From the NCBI GenBank assembly GCA_964276515.1, contig OZ193909.1, forward strand, positions 17,794,001 to 17,858,000: a stretch of 64,000 nucleotides of DNA, given 5' to 3'. The notes beneath the pieces were generated by a model. That model made no database searches. It was given only the letters and a program-made list of their open reading frames with translations, and was not told where the DNA came from. Positions 50,599 through 64,000 of the stretch are shown piece by piece. The translations under genes and the position numbers were made by a program. Positions within the stretch are counted from its first letter, which is position 1, and each line of letters begins with the position of its first letter. The stretch is from Gordius albopunctatus (Eukaryota).

Positions 50599-51870
50599 TA
50601 ACCTAATTTAAGATGATAAGATATTTACATAATATATTTGCATCTAACAAATTTTATATAGGTGTTGCTCGTTGCCTATTCATAAATAGATGTTGAGAAA
50701 TTGTGTAAATCTTAGCATATTACAAAATCTCTCGTAATGTGAACCAAAAATAGCAAAGTGTCTTTGCTCCTCCATTATTAAATAACGGCATTTTGCCATT
50801 CTTATTTTTTAAAGCTATGGACATCCCAACTTTTAATATATTCATTTATTACAATAAAGATTGTGAAAAGTGTAGAATATTCTCTTTAACATTAAGCAAC
50901 AAATAAATAATATATGCCTAGGGCATAATTTGGCATATATTAATATCTCAGAATTCTATTTATATTAAATGAAGTCCTGTCATAATAATATTTTAAATAA
51001 AAATTTAAACTGTGTTTCCGAATCTACATTTTATTCCTAATAAACTTTATTTTAATCACCTGGTGTTAGGGTATAGTGCAATAGATATATACTTTGTATA
51101 TTAATCTTAAAATTGTTTGGCCCTTATATTTGCACCCGATAAATATGTGCCCATTCGTGTCCATTGGTGATAATAATTTCTATGTATGTATTAAATTTCT
51201 CTTTTACTTTAAGTTGTTTTTAAATGATTTTAATATCTATAATTAATTTAATCGAAGCTCAAGTTAAAGGTCTTTAAATTGAGGTACACCAAACCTCTAC
51301 ATGTATTCAAAAATTTATATTTTATCGAATAATCAATAAAATTAAAAAAAGTGAATTCTATAAAGCAGGTCAATTTTTTGTCACAAATTGAAATTATACA
51401 CAACTAAGTGGTCCTATGTTAATTACCAATTACTTCCCGGCTAGACGTTTTAGTATTTGAGGCTAACTTATCTGCAGCTTGACATGTAATTAACTTCATT
51501 GGCGTATTGTTAGTTGCTTATTAGGTGGACAAATTTTCAGTTATTTGTTATGCAGGTAATTGGTTTAAATAATTGGATCGTTATCTACATATGAATTTAT
51601 TAAACGCATTATCACCACCATGAAAAAGTACTTAGCACATAGTAGTAGCTTGCTCTTCTTTTTATACTAAATCCTTAAATCCATCCTTTTAACACCGGAT
51701 TATTGAATTATAGATATAAAAGCAGCTATGTTTTAATAGGTTCATTATTTTGACTAGATATTGTTGATAAGATATTTAATTTCTTGTAATCATTGTTTTA
51801 TTTTAAGTCGTTTCTGACACTGTATTTGCCCGTGATTTTTCCGATGTTTTAATATTGTATCGTATAAGCA

Positions 51871-52865
51871 TGTTGCGTCCTATACCTCGCGGAGGTGTTG
51901 CGTCAATTAACTTAATTGTCTCATTTACATTACCTTACTACGTCACGACGTTTAATTGACCAATCAAGCATACACCACTAAACTTGATTGATTTATTCAA
52001 TTAATTCACGAGTATATAAAAGGAGTTTAAAACTCTTTTTACTCACTTACTTTTCTTCCAACGATTTAATTTATATTATACAATAAAGTAATTATTACTT
52101 TATTCTACATAACCTCACTTGTCGAAATTGGTGACCCCGCTCGGGGGAGCCCATTTTTTTTTTAAAACTCCCCCTGAATGCGCCTTTAAACAACAACGTC
52201 TGCCGAACGCCCAACCAATGTTTTGCGCATGGCCCATCACAAAAACGATAACGCCACATGGCCTCTTGCAACGAGCAAAGACTACGTTCGGCAAAGCGAT
52301 ACCACGACATGGTCTCTTGCAACGAGCAAAGACTACGTTCGACAAAACGAACAACCTACTACCGATGTTCTCACCACCGCTTACCGGTTTAGTTGATGAC
52401 CGATTGCAATTCCAATATAGATACCTCTGCCCGCGGCATGGATCTTATTAATATATTGGATAGCATCACAACATACACGCAACTCACACCTCGGTCACCT
52501 CACTAACAACCACGGTAGGCGGAGACAAAACTGGCTGGTAGTACGAACATCCTTTACACATACTTTACATCAACCAAAAAAAAAAAAAATTTTTCAATTT
52601 TAAGTAACGCTCCACGTGAGACTATTTGTGGTGTTGCGTCCTATACCTCGCGGAGGTGTTGCGTCAATTAACTTAATTGTCTCATTTACATTACCTTACT
52701 ACGTCACGACGTTTAATTGACCAATCAAGCATACACCACTAAACTTGATTGATTTATTCAATTAATTCACGAGTATATAAAAGGAGTTTAAAACTCTTTT
52801 TACTCACTTACTTTTCTTCCAACGATTTAATTTATATTATACAATAAAGTAATTATACTTTATCC
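51871..52865 (+). mobile_element. TRIM-like non-autonomous LTR element
   Basis: Direct repeats of about 225 bp, identical by eye, starting TG (51871-52095, 52632-52856), each with TATA-like and AATAAA motifs. PBS TGGTGACCCCG (tRNA-Trp-type) at about 52129. About 500-bp interior with a 51-bp tandem repeat. Confidence 0.8.
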
Positions 52866-53377
52866 TAACTAATAAACAAGCCCGAAACATCCTATCTAAA
52901 AGATTTTCCAAGTCGATGTTTCATCGTTAAATTAACTCAGAAGATTATCTTTCTTATTTTTATTCATCCCATAAATCTTAAATTGTCAAGGTTAAATTAA
53001 CTTGATTTATAGTGAATATTTTATAAAATTGCATAGCAACTGATAGTTAAATACCAACTTCAAAATTAAAAAGACTGTATTAAGCTGTATAAAATTATAT
53101 AGCGTAAAGTGAGTTTAAAAAATCATTAATAAAAAGGCTCAAAAGGCTCAAAATGGAGCCATTATATTGACAAAAAATTTTAATTTATGCAAATGTCAAA
53201 TGATAACCTATATACGAAGGTCTTTCCAACAATTTAATAATTACCCTATCCCAAAATATAAAGCATACATATTGGATTTAAGCCAGCGTTTCGAGATTGG
53301 ACCTAAGGTTTTCATCGCTAGTTAATAACAAAGCTGTAATTTTGGGTTAGTTGAATTAAAAAAATTATTTATTTAAA

Positions 53378-53516
53378 CCTGGGCGTAGCCAGCATTGAAA
53401 TTAGAGGGGGGGCAATAATAATTTAGGTAGGGGCAAAAAACATTTTATCAACAATTTTTTGGATTTAGAGGGGGAAGCCACCCTCCTTGCCCCCCCCCCG
53501 CTTGGCTACGCTCATG
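53378..53516. mobile_element. hAT-type MITE (CATGGGCGTAGCCAG family)
   Basis: CCTGGGCGTAGCCAG / TTGGCTACGCTCATG; TSD TATTTAAA/TATCTAAA. Confidence 0.82.
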
Positions 53517-55479
53517 TATCTAAAATAAAGAAATAAATTATGTAGATATTTTTTAAATTAAGTTAAAAATATAATTGCTTGGGGGCTAAATAACCTAGTA
53601 TGTTTTCCTAAAGGAGAAGGCCAAAGGGGCCTAGTTTTCCTAGCTACGCCACTGAACACAAGGTAAAACTACTGTAAAAAATCAAAACGAACGGTGCCTA
53701 TATATATTATATATTAAATCTACCAAAATTGGTACTTGTTCTCTTAGTTTAAAATTCGCATGTCTTAAGTGAATTTAGTTTGTGCCTAATTTTAATTGTA
53801 ATTAATTAATTTGAAGGTTAAATTCTTCATTATAAAAAATATGCACCTTAAAAGAATACGTAGAGCGCATATTGATTAAACTTTACACGGCCATTGCTTA
53901 CAACGCATATCACTATGGTTTATGTTAACATTAAATATTAAAAACACTTTAATCGCAACTCTGCCATTAGAGATACCTTGAAGAAACATTTTTTAAACTA
54001 TTAATACTTTTACTTTCATTTTCACAATATACATTTGTAAAGTAAGCTTTTTTTCTTGATAACTGAACAAGGCGCTATGAGAAGGAAATAATTTTGAATG
54101 ATTGTAATATGATTTAATTTCCTAATGCTACAAAGATATGTTTCCAAGTAAAAGTTGATGTAATCTGTCATTTTATTGCATGGTGTTACCATAATAGATT
54201 TGCCTCTACTTACTAATATGTATGTAATTAGTAGACTTTCTTTTTTATTAAATAATATTGTAATTTACAATGATGAAACAACGCATTTCATTTTCATAGT
54301 GTGAGTATTTAAGATAAACTGATAGTTAAATATCAATTACATCGTAGGAACTGATCCAATAACTTACATCAGTAATAAAATGCGTCCTTCGAGGCCCCCG
54401 TTTTGCTCAGGACAGTCCCTGCTTCACATTATCATACATATCTATAACTCTTTTATACTTCGTATAAAAAAAGCATATTTGCTATGCAATTTATGTTGGA
54501 ATCATCATAATTGCATAACAAATAATAATATATACAACCGTCGACATTCTTACATAGTCAATTCTATATCGACATCCGATTCGTAGCGCTTTCTAGCCAC
54601 GAGAATTTCACATTCATTGGCGCCGTAAACGGCGATAAATTTCAAATAGCAATTAAAACAAACAAAAAAATTTGATTCAAAATTTGGCCAATGGTCATTT
54701 TTTTATTGGCCAGCAGCCAGCCGACGGCCAAAAAGCCATATTATCAATAATTAAATTTTGAGCCATTCTTACATTTATTAGTTGGCTATCGTGATGCTTA
54801 ATGTCATTAATAAAACTTTTTAATTTAATTAAAAATACAAAAATAGAGTCACAAAAAGTTCTGTTAATAGAATATCATTGAAAATAATTAATTAGTTTTC
54901 CAGGAAAAAGTAATTTAATAACAACTCTTGTATTTATAACATAGAAATGTTAGTATTAAATTTTTATTGCACAAGATCATTAGATAAATAATTAAAAACT
55001 AGTGCATAAATATCACACTTCGATTTATATAAATGTGTACAACGACTTATATATTTTATTAATGCTTTGGTCCATTATTTCGATGCAACGCAATTATTTG
55101 ACTATTTCTAAAACATTGAAATTTATTAGGTAATAAAATGGTCGTTAATGCATACTTTAATTTGCTAAAATAAAAATATAGGCATATTAAAATTCAAACT
55201 TAATAGTATTAGCATTTAAATTAATTAGCAATTCGATCATAAAAATATGTCATGAAAAGCTCTCTAAAATTTATTTACAAAATAAAGTCATTTTTAAACA
55301 GTAATATTACCAAATTTTATACCAAGCTTGATAATTTTAGCTATTATAACCATCACTACCTAATAAAACTTTTAATATTAATCAAAATCGTTTAACAAAT
55401 TAAGGATTGTTTTTAAAGAAGATTTATAAAGGGTTTAAGTTAACTAGATCTTCTTTACCGTACATTAAATCCCATATTT

Positions 55480-55530
55480 ACGGGTGTTTTCATCACGTCC
55501 ATCTTGATCGGGTAGGACCTATGCCCGTAT
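55480..55530 (+). pseudogene. Small gypsy integrase relic
   Basis: FHHVHLDRVGPMP resembles the F..VHIDxVGPLP motif. Nothing else is recognisable. Confidence 0.45.
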
Positions 55531-56394
55531 CTATCTTCTTATTCACCTTAACTTGGCTAACCAGCGGCATCTCTTCCCCTATTCCCCAACACAATCGGAT
55601 CCAAATATATTCGTTCTTTCTTCAGCCTTGTTATCAAAATTCTTTCATTTCAATAAGTGGTAGCATAGTTTGTTACCTCGTGTTATCTTTCTAGCTACGC
55701 TCCTGGGGGTCCCCTTGGTCTTTAAGAAAGTATGAAAAGTTTCGTCAAAGTCCCGTCATACCCATGCTTTTATCGATACCGCATCCAATACATTTTTCCC
55801 TTTATGTATTACTTTTCCTAGGAGCTCTTTAAGCGCAATAGAGTTTGCCCAATTTCGTAATGCTATTTCATGTGGGGTGAATAGTAAAGTGTTTCGTTAC
55901 TGTTATATTTAAACTCATATAGCTCCCCTCATCCCAAAACCAATGTTAATGAATTAAAGCTATTTTTCGCAAATTAATAAAATCTTGAGTGGCGATGACC
56001 TATTTAATTATAACTATTTTAATGATCATTTTCCTATATACTACAACATTTTCGTTAAAGTCGATATAATTGCATAATTTTTTACCCAATACGATTGGAT
56101 TAGGAGGATATAACATTGTTTGAGGGTTTTAAATATTTATGATTAAAATGTAGTAAATTTATATTTGTATAAAATTTCAAAGCTCAATTTTATGCTTAAT
56201 TTTAAATAGTGCATATCAAATATACCTCCTTCCCACCCTCTATTTATCCACGTCTCTCGCAAATGCTTAAATATGATAAAAATTTCCTCCTACAGTAAAA
56301 CATGATAGGTTTTGTGAGTAGGGAGAGAGACATAGCTAGCCTTAGCACACAAGACGTGGGCCGAATTAAATTAGGATAAATTAGTTAGAGAGAT

Positions 56395-57681
56395 TAGAGC
56401 CCTCCACGGGCTGCCCGAAGCCCCACCCAGAATTTTATAAAATAATCGGGCTTTGGTCGGACCTGATGAGGTGGACCCATAGACTACATAGAATCACCAT
56501 GTCATATGTTCCATATGGTAAATTGTGTGTGAAATTTGCCTCCATTTTAATAGACACTACCGTCCTATATTATATAATGTCGTTTTGCGCTGTGCCGTTT
56601 TGTTCGAACGGGAGAGGTAAAGAAAAAAGGTTTTGTTTGATTCTATAAATAAGTATGATATTACAAGATACATGATATTTAAAAAAATTTTTAGGTGTTC
56701 CTTTCATTTCAGACCTGAAATTTTTTACCCATCTTCAACAAAATATCATTCATAATTGACCTTATTGGAGAGGATACATTATATACTTCTTTATTTTATT
56801 ATTAATTTTCAACTAAAAAATTGAGTATTAATACAATATTAATTTATTAGATTAATTTTAATATCATTACAGTTATTACATTTTTAATTTTTATGAAATG
56901 TGTCAATTTTAAAATACTGTTGTTGATATCTAACTAGTTCAATATGTTTCATTCACCTTTTTAAAATAATTTAATCTACAAAAATTACTATACTCTATCT
57001 ATATCAAAATATTTTTATTGTAGTTTTTTAATTCATAATTTACCTTATTTGACAGGGTATTGAAGTATATGATGTGTTGTGTTCATCAAAATGGCCGAAA
57101 AACACACACACATTTTATACCGTGATGAGCGGTCTATGTAGTCTATGGCCGGACCCGAGCTCCAAGCCCGGCCCGAATTGAATTAAGGCAAAATAATTAT
57201 AAAATATGATTTAAATAAACTCAATTCGATATTAAATAATTATCTTCGCACAGCGTACATAACATAGCTTCCAAACTTCAGCTTTTTCCCCTGTCTATTA
57301 TAATATAACTAATCTGAATTGCAAATGTTATCTAGTATTCAAATATATTTGTTAGAACTTTAGAAATAAGAGAGACAAATATTTGAGAAAGTTTTTTTAT
57401 ATCAAACTGTTAAATAAAAAATTAATATATTTTTTATAGTTATATTTTAAATTTTAAATTAATAGCTTAATAAATTGTAATGAGTGAAAATGGATTTTTT
57501 TATTTCCAACTTATCTTTATTGTAAATTACGAGTAATAATAATCTAATGCATTTTATTTGTAGATGGTAAAATAATTTCCAAAAATAAAGTTTTTAAAGC
57601 TGTATTTGAAAAATCGGGACTGGGGCTCGGGTTCTTTCGGGTCGGGCTCGGGCAGAAGAAATTTCTTTTTGCAGGGCTCTA
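56395..57681. mobile_element. TAGAG-type hAT MITE hosting a P-type element
   Basis: TIR TAGAGCCCTCCA/TGCAGGGCTCTA; TSD AGAGAGAT/AGAGGGAT. Confidence 0.82.
56478..57147 (+). mobile_element. Internally deleted P-type element with a THAP-domain start
   Basis: TIR CATAGACTACATAGA/TCTATGTAGTCTATG; TSD GGTGGACC/GCCGGACC (6/8). MSFCAVPFCSNGRGKEK|intron|RCSFHF resembles a THAP N-terminus. Confidence 0.8.
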
Positions 57682-57736
57682 AGAGGGATAGAGTAAATTG
57701 TTAGTAAACATCGCTTAAGTATTAACTACCTTGTTG

Positions 57737-58018
57737 CAGGCGCGTAGCCAGGATTTTCTCAAGGGGTAAGAAAAATTCAAAAATATTTTATGAAACTTTT
57801 ATTTATAATGTAACAAAAGCAAACATCGCGTACAATGCATATGCGAAACTCGAAGGCGCTATATAACCAGCTTTGGAAAAATCTCCTCTCTTCACTAATC
57901 ACAGCATTTACTATCGATTTTATACCTTAAAAAAGGACATGGACCTTCAAAAAAATTTTCAAATTTTGGTCAAGGGGGCAGAAAATTCCCGCTTTCTGCC
58001 CCCTTGGCTACGCGCCTG
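57737..58018. mobile_element. hAT MITE (CAGGCGCGTAGCCAGG ends)
   Basis: TIRs CAGGCGCGTAGCCA/TGGCTACGCGCCTG; TSD CCTTGTTG/CTTTGTTG. Confidence 0.85.
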
Positions 58019-58462
58019 CTTTGTTGTTCTCCATTATCCAAACATAGTGGAAAGAGGGGAAAGTATTTAGGTTAAGATGAATGATTTAATTGGGATTAGA
58101 TGGGGGCAATAATAGTTTATGAAGGGGCAAAATGATAATTCCTTGAAAATTTAGCTATACTTTTAATAAATTTTAACAAATTTGAATTTATTTTAAAAAA
58201 ATGTTAAAAATAACATTTTCACACACCTTCAATCTCATTTATCTAATTAAGTTATAAAATGGGTGATGAGATAGAGAGGTAGAGATGATATTTGATATAA
58301 TTAGTTATGGGACAATACCAAATAATAAATAAAACTGGTTTAGAAACAATTAAGAATAATAAATAAAAAAGGTTATTTAAACAAATTTGCTAAAACGTTT
58401 TAGGGAACAATTACGATATGTTGGTATAGGTGTTGAAGAATGGATTAGCCAAAACATAAGGT

Positions 58463-58581
58463 CATGGGCGTAACCAGCATTGAAATTTTAGCCATAATTT
58501 TAATGAATTTTAACAAATTTTTGAAATATAGAAGGGGCCAACCGCCCCTTCTTGCCCCCCCCCTCCTTGGCTACGCCCATG
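58463..58581. mobile_element. hAT-type MITE (CATGGGCGTAGCCAG family)
   Basis: TIRs with a perfect TSD CATAAGGT. Confidence 0.88.
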
Positions 58582-59473
58582 CATAAGGTGGCGATAAATA
58601 CTGACGCAACAGAAAGAGGATTGTAATTTAGCCATGTAATAATTGTAAATATTGTTAGAGAATTAAGTCCATATTTGTAATGGCTGGCGGTAAGGCGAAG
58701 GTAAAACAATGTAAGTAAAAAGTTTTTTATAAGAAAATTAGAAACTACTTTATTAACGCGAAAACGACTAGCTATTTACAACAATACAGAAAGATTAACA
58801 ATTAAATTATCTGCGACGGTAAAATTATAACATTCGGTAAAATTACGATAAAAAGGGAAAGCGTAGGGATTGAGAACAATTACAAAGGGTTTAGGACAAA
58901 TACAAAGTTTGGGAAAAACTTTAAGGACTGCAATATGGATGTAAGATCTCGCTTTTAAAGCTGTTGAATCTTCCCGGGGTGATGGGCTTGATTTAACTAG
59001 CGATGACCTGGCGATCTTCGGACGGGGCTGCGAAAATGAGTACCAGATGTGGCTGAGTTAAAAATAAAATTACAAAGTAATTAAACAAAAAGAGCGTCAA
59101 AGAAACTTAGCCAATTCCGCGTCTAGGTTAACCCGCGGTAAAAGTGCTTCCTTTGACCAATCCCTTTATTTTAATTCTAAGGATTGCAGAACCGTTCTTT
59201 AACCCTTTTATATTAAAATTAAAATTAATAAAATAAATCTAAGATCAAAGTATACCGCGGACATTATATGGTAACGTGGTATACACGTATACCACAATAT
59301 TTAAAAAGGAGTTAAGCGGTGAATAGAGTAATAATATAAACTAGTTAAAAAATTTAGAAGAATCAAACGAGACAATAGAAGAAAAAACATGGTAACTTAT
59401 AAAGATAGATGCGAATGGGTGTGTTTTTATTTTTTTTAATCTACTATGTGAGTCCTAAATTTCCGCTATGAGT

Positions 59474-61116
59474 AGAGACCTACAGGGGCTGCCTGATCCC
59501 GATCCGGTCCGAGTCTGGCCGAATAAGGGTCCCGGCCGGGCTCGCGACGACTTCAATAAAATTACCAGAATTCGGGTCGGGCCTGATCGGACAGCCAGAC
59601 GCGAGGCCCTAGCCTGCCTCAAAATGAAAAAAAGCAAACTTACTAACTCAACTCTCTACATAATATAGCTTCCAAACTTCAGTATTTTACCCCTAGCTAT
59701 TATAATACTTTGACCAACGTTTCAAATCTTATTTTAGTCTTTGTACATATTTGTAGAGGATAACTGACGGTGTGGAATATACGCTTAAGTTCTATGTTAC
59801 CTGTGGAGTAAAAATATACAACACGTGAGATATATTATTCCCTCTCGCGTTTTTCTTATTATCGTATGTTCTATCGCGTTTGTTCTCTTCTCGCGCGCAT
59901 ATACTGGTAACGTGGTTATATCCCATTGATTCCTAATAAATTCAAATAGCCTTTAACAATATTCATATCAGATATAAAAATATTAATTATGAAATCTGTA
60001 AATATTAGTGTTTCGATTTCGTCTCGGTCTCGAAAGCAAAATCTCGTCTCTTCGCGGGTGCGATTATTAAAGTCTCGTCTCGGCCTAGAAAAATCTCGAT
60101 CTCGTCTCGTCTAAAATTTCAAAAAAAAGTTATACCCTATATATTTTTCCTGGCTCTTATGAGTTATTATATAAGATATAAATTTGTCAAAATAGAACCA
60201 ATTTTTTATCTCAAACCCCAAAACACAAGCTAGATGAATAACTTAAGGTAGGAAGCATTAATATATTATATATAACAAAATAATTACTTAATCCATTTAT
60301 AATAAAGCTTATGTTAATATTTTTTAATTTATTGATAAATTGCAGCATTTTGCAAAAAATTCAGTGATCTTTTATGAAATTTCTCCAATGCGTTAGTGGA
60401 TATATGATTTCATAACTAATTAGATAATAAATATTATAAACAATTATTTAGTCATTTGTAAAGATTATGTTTTATATATAATAACTGTTAAATGCTTACA
60501 TTTCCTGATGAATTTAGGTTGGCTGAAAAAACTTTTAGGGTAATTTTGATACCTTGTTAACTTGAGTAGGGTAAAGGTTATAGTAATCCGTATGATGGTC
60601 AAATCGAATTAATTTGCATTTAATATCCTAAATGTAAATCTCATAAAATAAAAATGCTTAAATTAAGACTCAATAGTCAAAAACAAAAATTAAGCCGAGA
60701 TCTCGCTGATAAAATCTCGTCTGGTCTCGAGGTCAAAATTCTCGTCTCGATCTCGACTCAATTTTTCAAATTCTCGTCTCGTCTCGGTTTTTCGAGATGA
60801 GCGATTTTTCCGCATCACTAGTAAATATTTAAAATGCTAAATTATTGAAAAAAATTATTCGTTAAATAAATGCTAACAACAAGAATTGCAGTCTTCATTC
60901 CAAACATATATTTATTTTGAAATAGGAATAATAACAACTAGATATGTTAATGTTTATATGGTATAATCATTTAACGTATTTATATATGTTTTTATTTAAA
61001 AAAACGTGTCGGACTCAGGTCGGGTCAAAATTGAAAAAGATTTTTAGGTTCAACTTGGGTTCGGGCAAAATCAAAATTGAGACGTCAGACGGACCGAGGA
61101 ATTTTGAAGGTCGCTA
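59474..61116. mobile_element. Degenerate TAGAGACC-type hAT MITE
   Basis: Starts TAGAGACCTACAGGG and ends TTTTGAAGGTCGCTA. The internal AGCTTCCAAACTTCAG is shared with the 56395 element. No clear TSD. Confidence 0.55.
60006..60820. mobile_element. hAT MITE with TCTCG subterminal repeats, nested in 59474-61116
   Basis: TAGTG...CACTA ends; perfect TSD GTAAATAT (59998-60005, 60821-60828). Confidence 0.88.
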
Positions 61117-61466
61117 TTAAGTGTGTTAATTGGGACGCTCTGGATGAATATTTGTTTTTTATTGTAACGAGCTTTATAAAGAATGGTACCGTTTTCCTAA
61201 TCAATTGTAATAAGTTTTTGTAATAATTGGTTGCAAAACGGATCAGAGGAGTGATATATTCTTGAATTTCTCGGAGTAGATTTTTTTAGAAAGTTAACCT
61301 CTACCCCTCTACAAAAATGGTCGTATTTATAACCAGTAATTCATCTACGAACTCACTTCTAATATATTAACAATATACAAAACACAACTACTATTAAGTT
61401 TTTAAAATTCGTTACTAAATCCGTCTCATTCCACCCCAACTTTTAATCCCTTATACTCAAATTAAA

Positions 61467-64000
61467 ATGATCCTAAAATTGGCTTCTCTCAATAATCAAA
61501 CCTTAAGAGAACCAGGAACGCTACAGTGCCTTACTTTATTTGCCTCCCACCACAGAATTCATATTCTCTGTGTTCAACAAACAAGATATTCACATTGCAA
61601 AGTTCTCCCCGTTAACGAATATAATTGCTATTGCACGGAATGCGGTCCTGAGCCTGCATCAGGAGTAGCCATTTTTATAAAAAAAGAACTCAAAGTGATT
61701 AGCATCGACTATGTTAACAACAGATTATTAATCATTCACTTAAAAATAAAAAATCGTTGTTTATCAATTTTTAACATATACGCTCCCCCCTCTTCCAAAA
61801 ATTCTCAATCGATGGAATCCCTCCTCCAAAACATCAAAGATAAATTTAACACTAAACACCTTAAAATCCTCGTCGGTGACTTCAATGCTTCCGTCCAGCG
61901 CACACTGGGGGATAATAAATTAATAATTGGCCCAAACTCAATTGGACCGACTAACCGAAACGGTAAACTGCTTAAAAAATTCTGCTGTAAACATAAACTA
62001 AAGATAACCTCAACCTTTTCCGACCTTCCTCTGGATAACCTAATCACATACCAAAAGAATGAAAATCACCGAGGTACCCAAATTGATCATATAATAGGCC
62101 AACTTAGAAACCACAAAATGATAAAGAACTTCCACACCTTTCAGCCTCTAATAAAAACAGATCACTTTGTCATCTCAGCGGATCTCTTTATTAATCCCTC
62201 CTCTCTCCACACGTCAAGAAAACTTACATCTCTCAACTTGAGTCCAGATTACAAACAGACTCGAAGGCACTTGGCGATCTTGCCCCCCTCTCAGTCAATG
62301 ACCACAATGACATCTTAGCAAAGTTTTTCACTCCATCCCAGAATGACCATCTCCATGTCAACATTAAGTCCTGGTTCTCCATCGATACCATTAATCTACT
62401 CGAGTCCCGGTATAAAGTCTTTAAGGATAAGACACTTAGAAATAAAAAAGCATGGGTCCAACATCTCACTAAAAAGATTAAAGCGGCAATAAAAAAGGAC
62501 AAGGCTAATTACTTATCAAGCAAACTAAATGAAGCAGAATCTGCTGCTCGCACAAACAGTACACACATCCTTTACAAAGTGCTCAGGAACATCACCGCAA
62601 AATTCTCAGACAAATATAACTACAACACAATACAAAACAAACATAGCTCCAACGATTCCTTGATCCAAACGGAGGCTTGTGAGAGTCACTTTAGTTCCAT
62701 TCTAGATCGCCCTTATTCAATCCCCTGTTCCGACATATTCCTTGAATTCATTAACAACTTCAAAACACCCTCCATCCCTTCTATCAGTGTTGAACCACCC
62801 TCCTTAAATGAAATAAAATACGTGTTAAAATCCCTCAAACTTCATAAAGCTCCCGATGCAGAAAAAATCACAGTGGAAGCCCTTAAAGCTGATTACTCCC
62901 TGTCTAGCAAACTATTGCATCAACTCTTCACCAAAATCTGGCTACAAGAGATCATCCCCCGCGCTTGGTCTACTGGTCTACTTAGTAAAATCTATAAAAA
63001 AGGAGACCCATCCCTTCCCGATAATTATAGAGGGATCACAATTATAAATAACATTTCCAAGGTTTTTATAAAAGTAATATATAGGAGGATATATCCATTC
63101 ATTGACGATAATTTAAAAAGTAACCAAGCCGGCTTCCGTAAGTCCAAAACCACAATTGAACACATCCTGACCCTCAAAAATATTATTGACATCTCCTCTA
63201 AATCTAAATCTCCTTTAGTCCTAACATTTGTCGACATTCATAAAGCTTTCGACTCCCTATCCCACCTTTACATATGGGAATCTTTATGTCTACTAGGAAT
63301 CCCCAAAAAAATTATTAGACTTATCTTCTTTCTGTACAAAGACATGAAAGTGGTCATTAAACATCTACACCACCGCTCAAACCCAATCCAAGTCAATTTA
63401 GGAGTTAGACAGGGATGTCCATTATCTCCTCTACTATTCATCACGGCAATGGATCTCATAATTAGGAGATCCACCCTTCCTTACGACGGTATCCACATGA
63501 ACGGCATCAAAGTGTCTTCACTGCTATTTGCTGACGATTTATGCATCATATCGGATTCAACTCTCAAAATTCAGAACTTTGCCGATAGATTCGTCTTAGA
63601 ATCCAAGAAAGCCGGTTTAATAATTAACCCTAACAAGACTAACTTACTATCTATTAACATACCCTCCCAAAATACTACATTGTCTATTAGCAACACTTTA
63701 ATCCCTTTTTCAGATTCAATAAACTACTTAGGAGTTCTTCTTTCTCTAGACAAATACTCCCACCAAGATGCCTCTAATAAATTATCTAAAGCTCTAAAGA
63801 GTTTTTATTCATGCTATTCAATCTGGAAATCCAACGAACTGGCTCTACCGACCCGCCTTCGGCTGTTCAAAACCACCATAATGCCTATATTGCCCGATGG
63901 ATGCGAAACATGGTCCCTCAAAGGTTCGACCATAAAAGCGGCCCAAACTAAACTAAATAAAATGCTCAAAATAATTTGTAAAATATTCTACCCTGAAGTA
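61467..64000 (+). mobile_element. RTE-like LINE (AP endonuclease plus RT), frameshifted near 62280, running off the window
   Basis: EN motifs SGVAI, NIYAP, GDFNA, IDHI and TDH. RT motifs NYRGIT, QAGFR, KAFDS, GVRQGCPLSPLLF, LLFADD, YLG and GCETW. No ORF1 is evident. Confidence 0.9.

Noticed and set aside
51871..52865. Retrozyme (LTR element with hammerhead)
   Set aside because: No CUGANGA/GAAA core was seen in the repeats on either strand.
58590..59420. Possible retroelement or gene relic
   Set aside because: The composition is slightly unusual, but I could not identify any motif, terminus or TSD.

Overview
This is AT-rich animal (invertebrate, probably protostome) nuclear DNA with three intron-containing genes. 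(1) A T-type voltage-gated Ca2+ channel (Cav3 alpha-1, + strand, about 4178-22045, EEDD filter; exon 1 appears to lie upstream of the window). (2) The glycine-cleavage T-protein/aminomethyltransferase (AMT, - strand, 23467-28557), convergent with Cav3. (3) A TM-less synaptotagmin-17-like gene (+ strand, 38221-50598). Introns and intergenic DNA hold many transposons: several hAT-type MITE families with 8-bp TSDs, two P-type (THAP) non-autonomous elements, a decayed MULE, a decayed hAT, a CRE-like and an RTE-like non-LTR element, a decayed Ty3/gypsy, a TRIM-like mini-LTR element and a Helitron-like element. The most notable observations are: a probable U12-type AT-AC intron in the same gene as 35-50 nt introns; a Cav3 that seems to have only the tri-cysteine exon-12a-type (Na+-permissive) turret; a candidate exon-25c alternative donor; two consecutive GC-AG introns in AMT; an unexplained 1.55-kb GC-rich palindrome inside the putative U12 intron; and a multi-level transposon nest in SYT17 intron 1. 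All gene models were hand-derived from splice signals, reading-frame phase and remembered homology. No searches were run.
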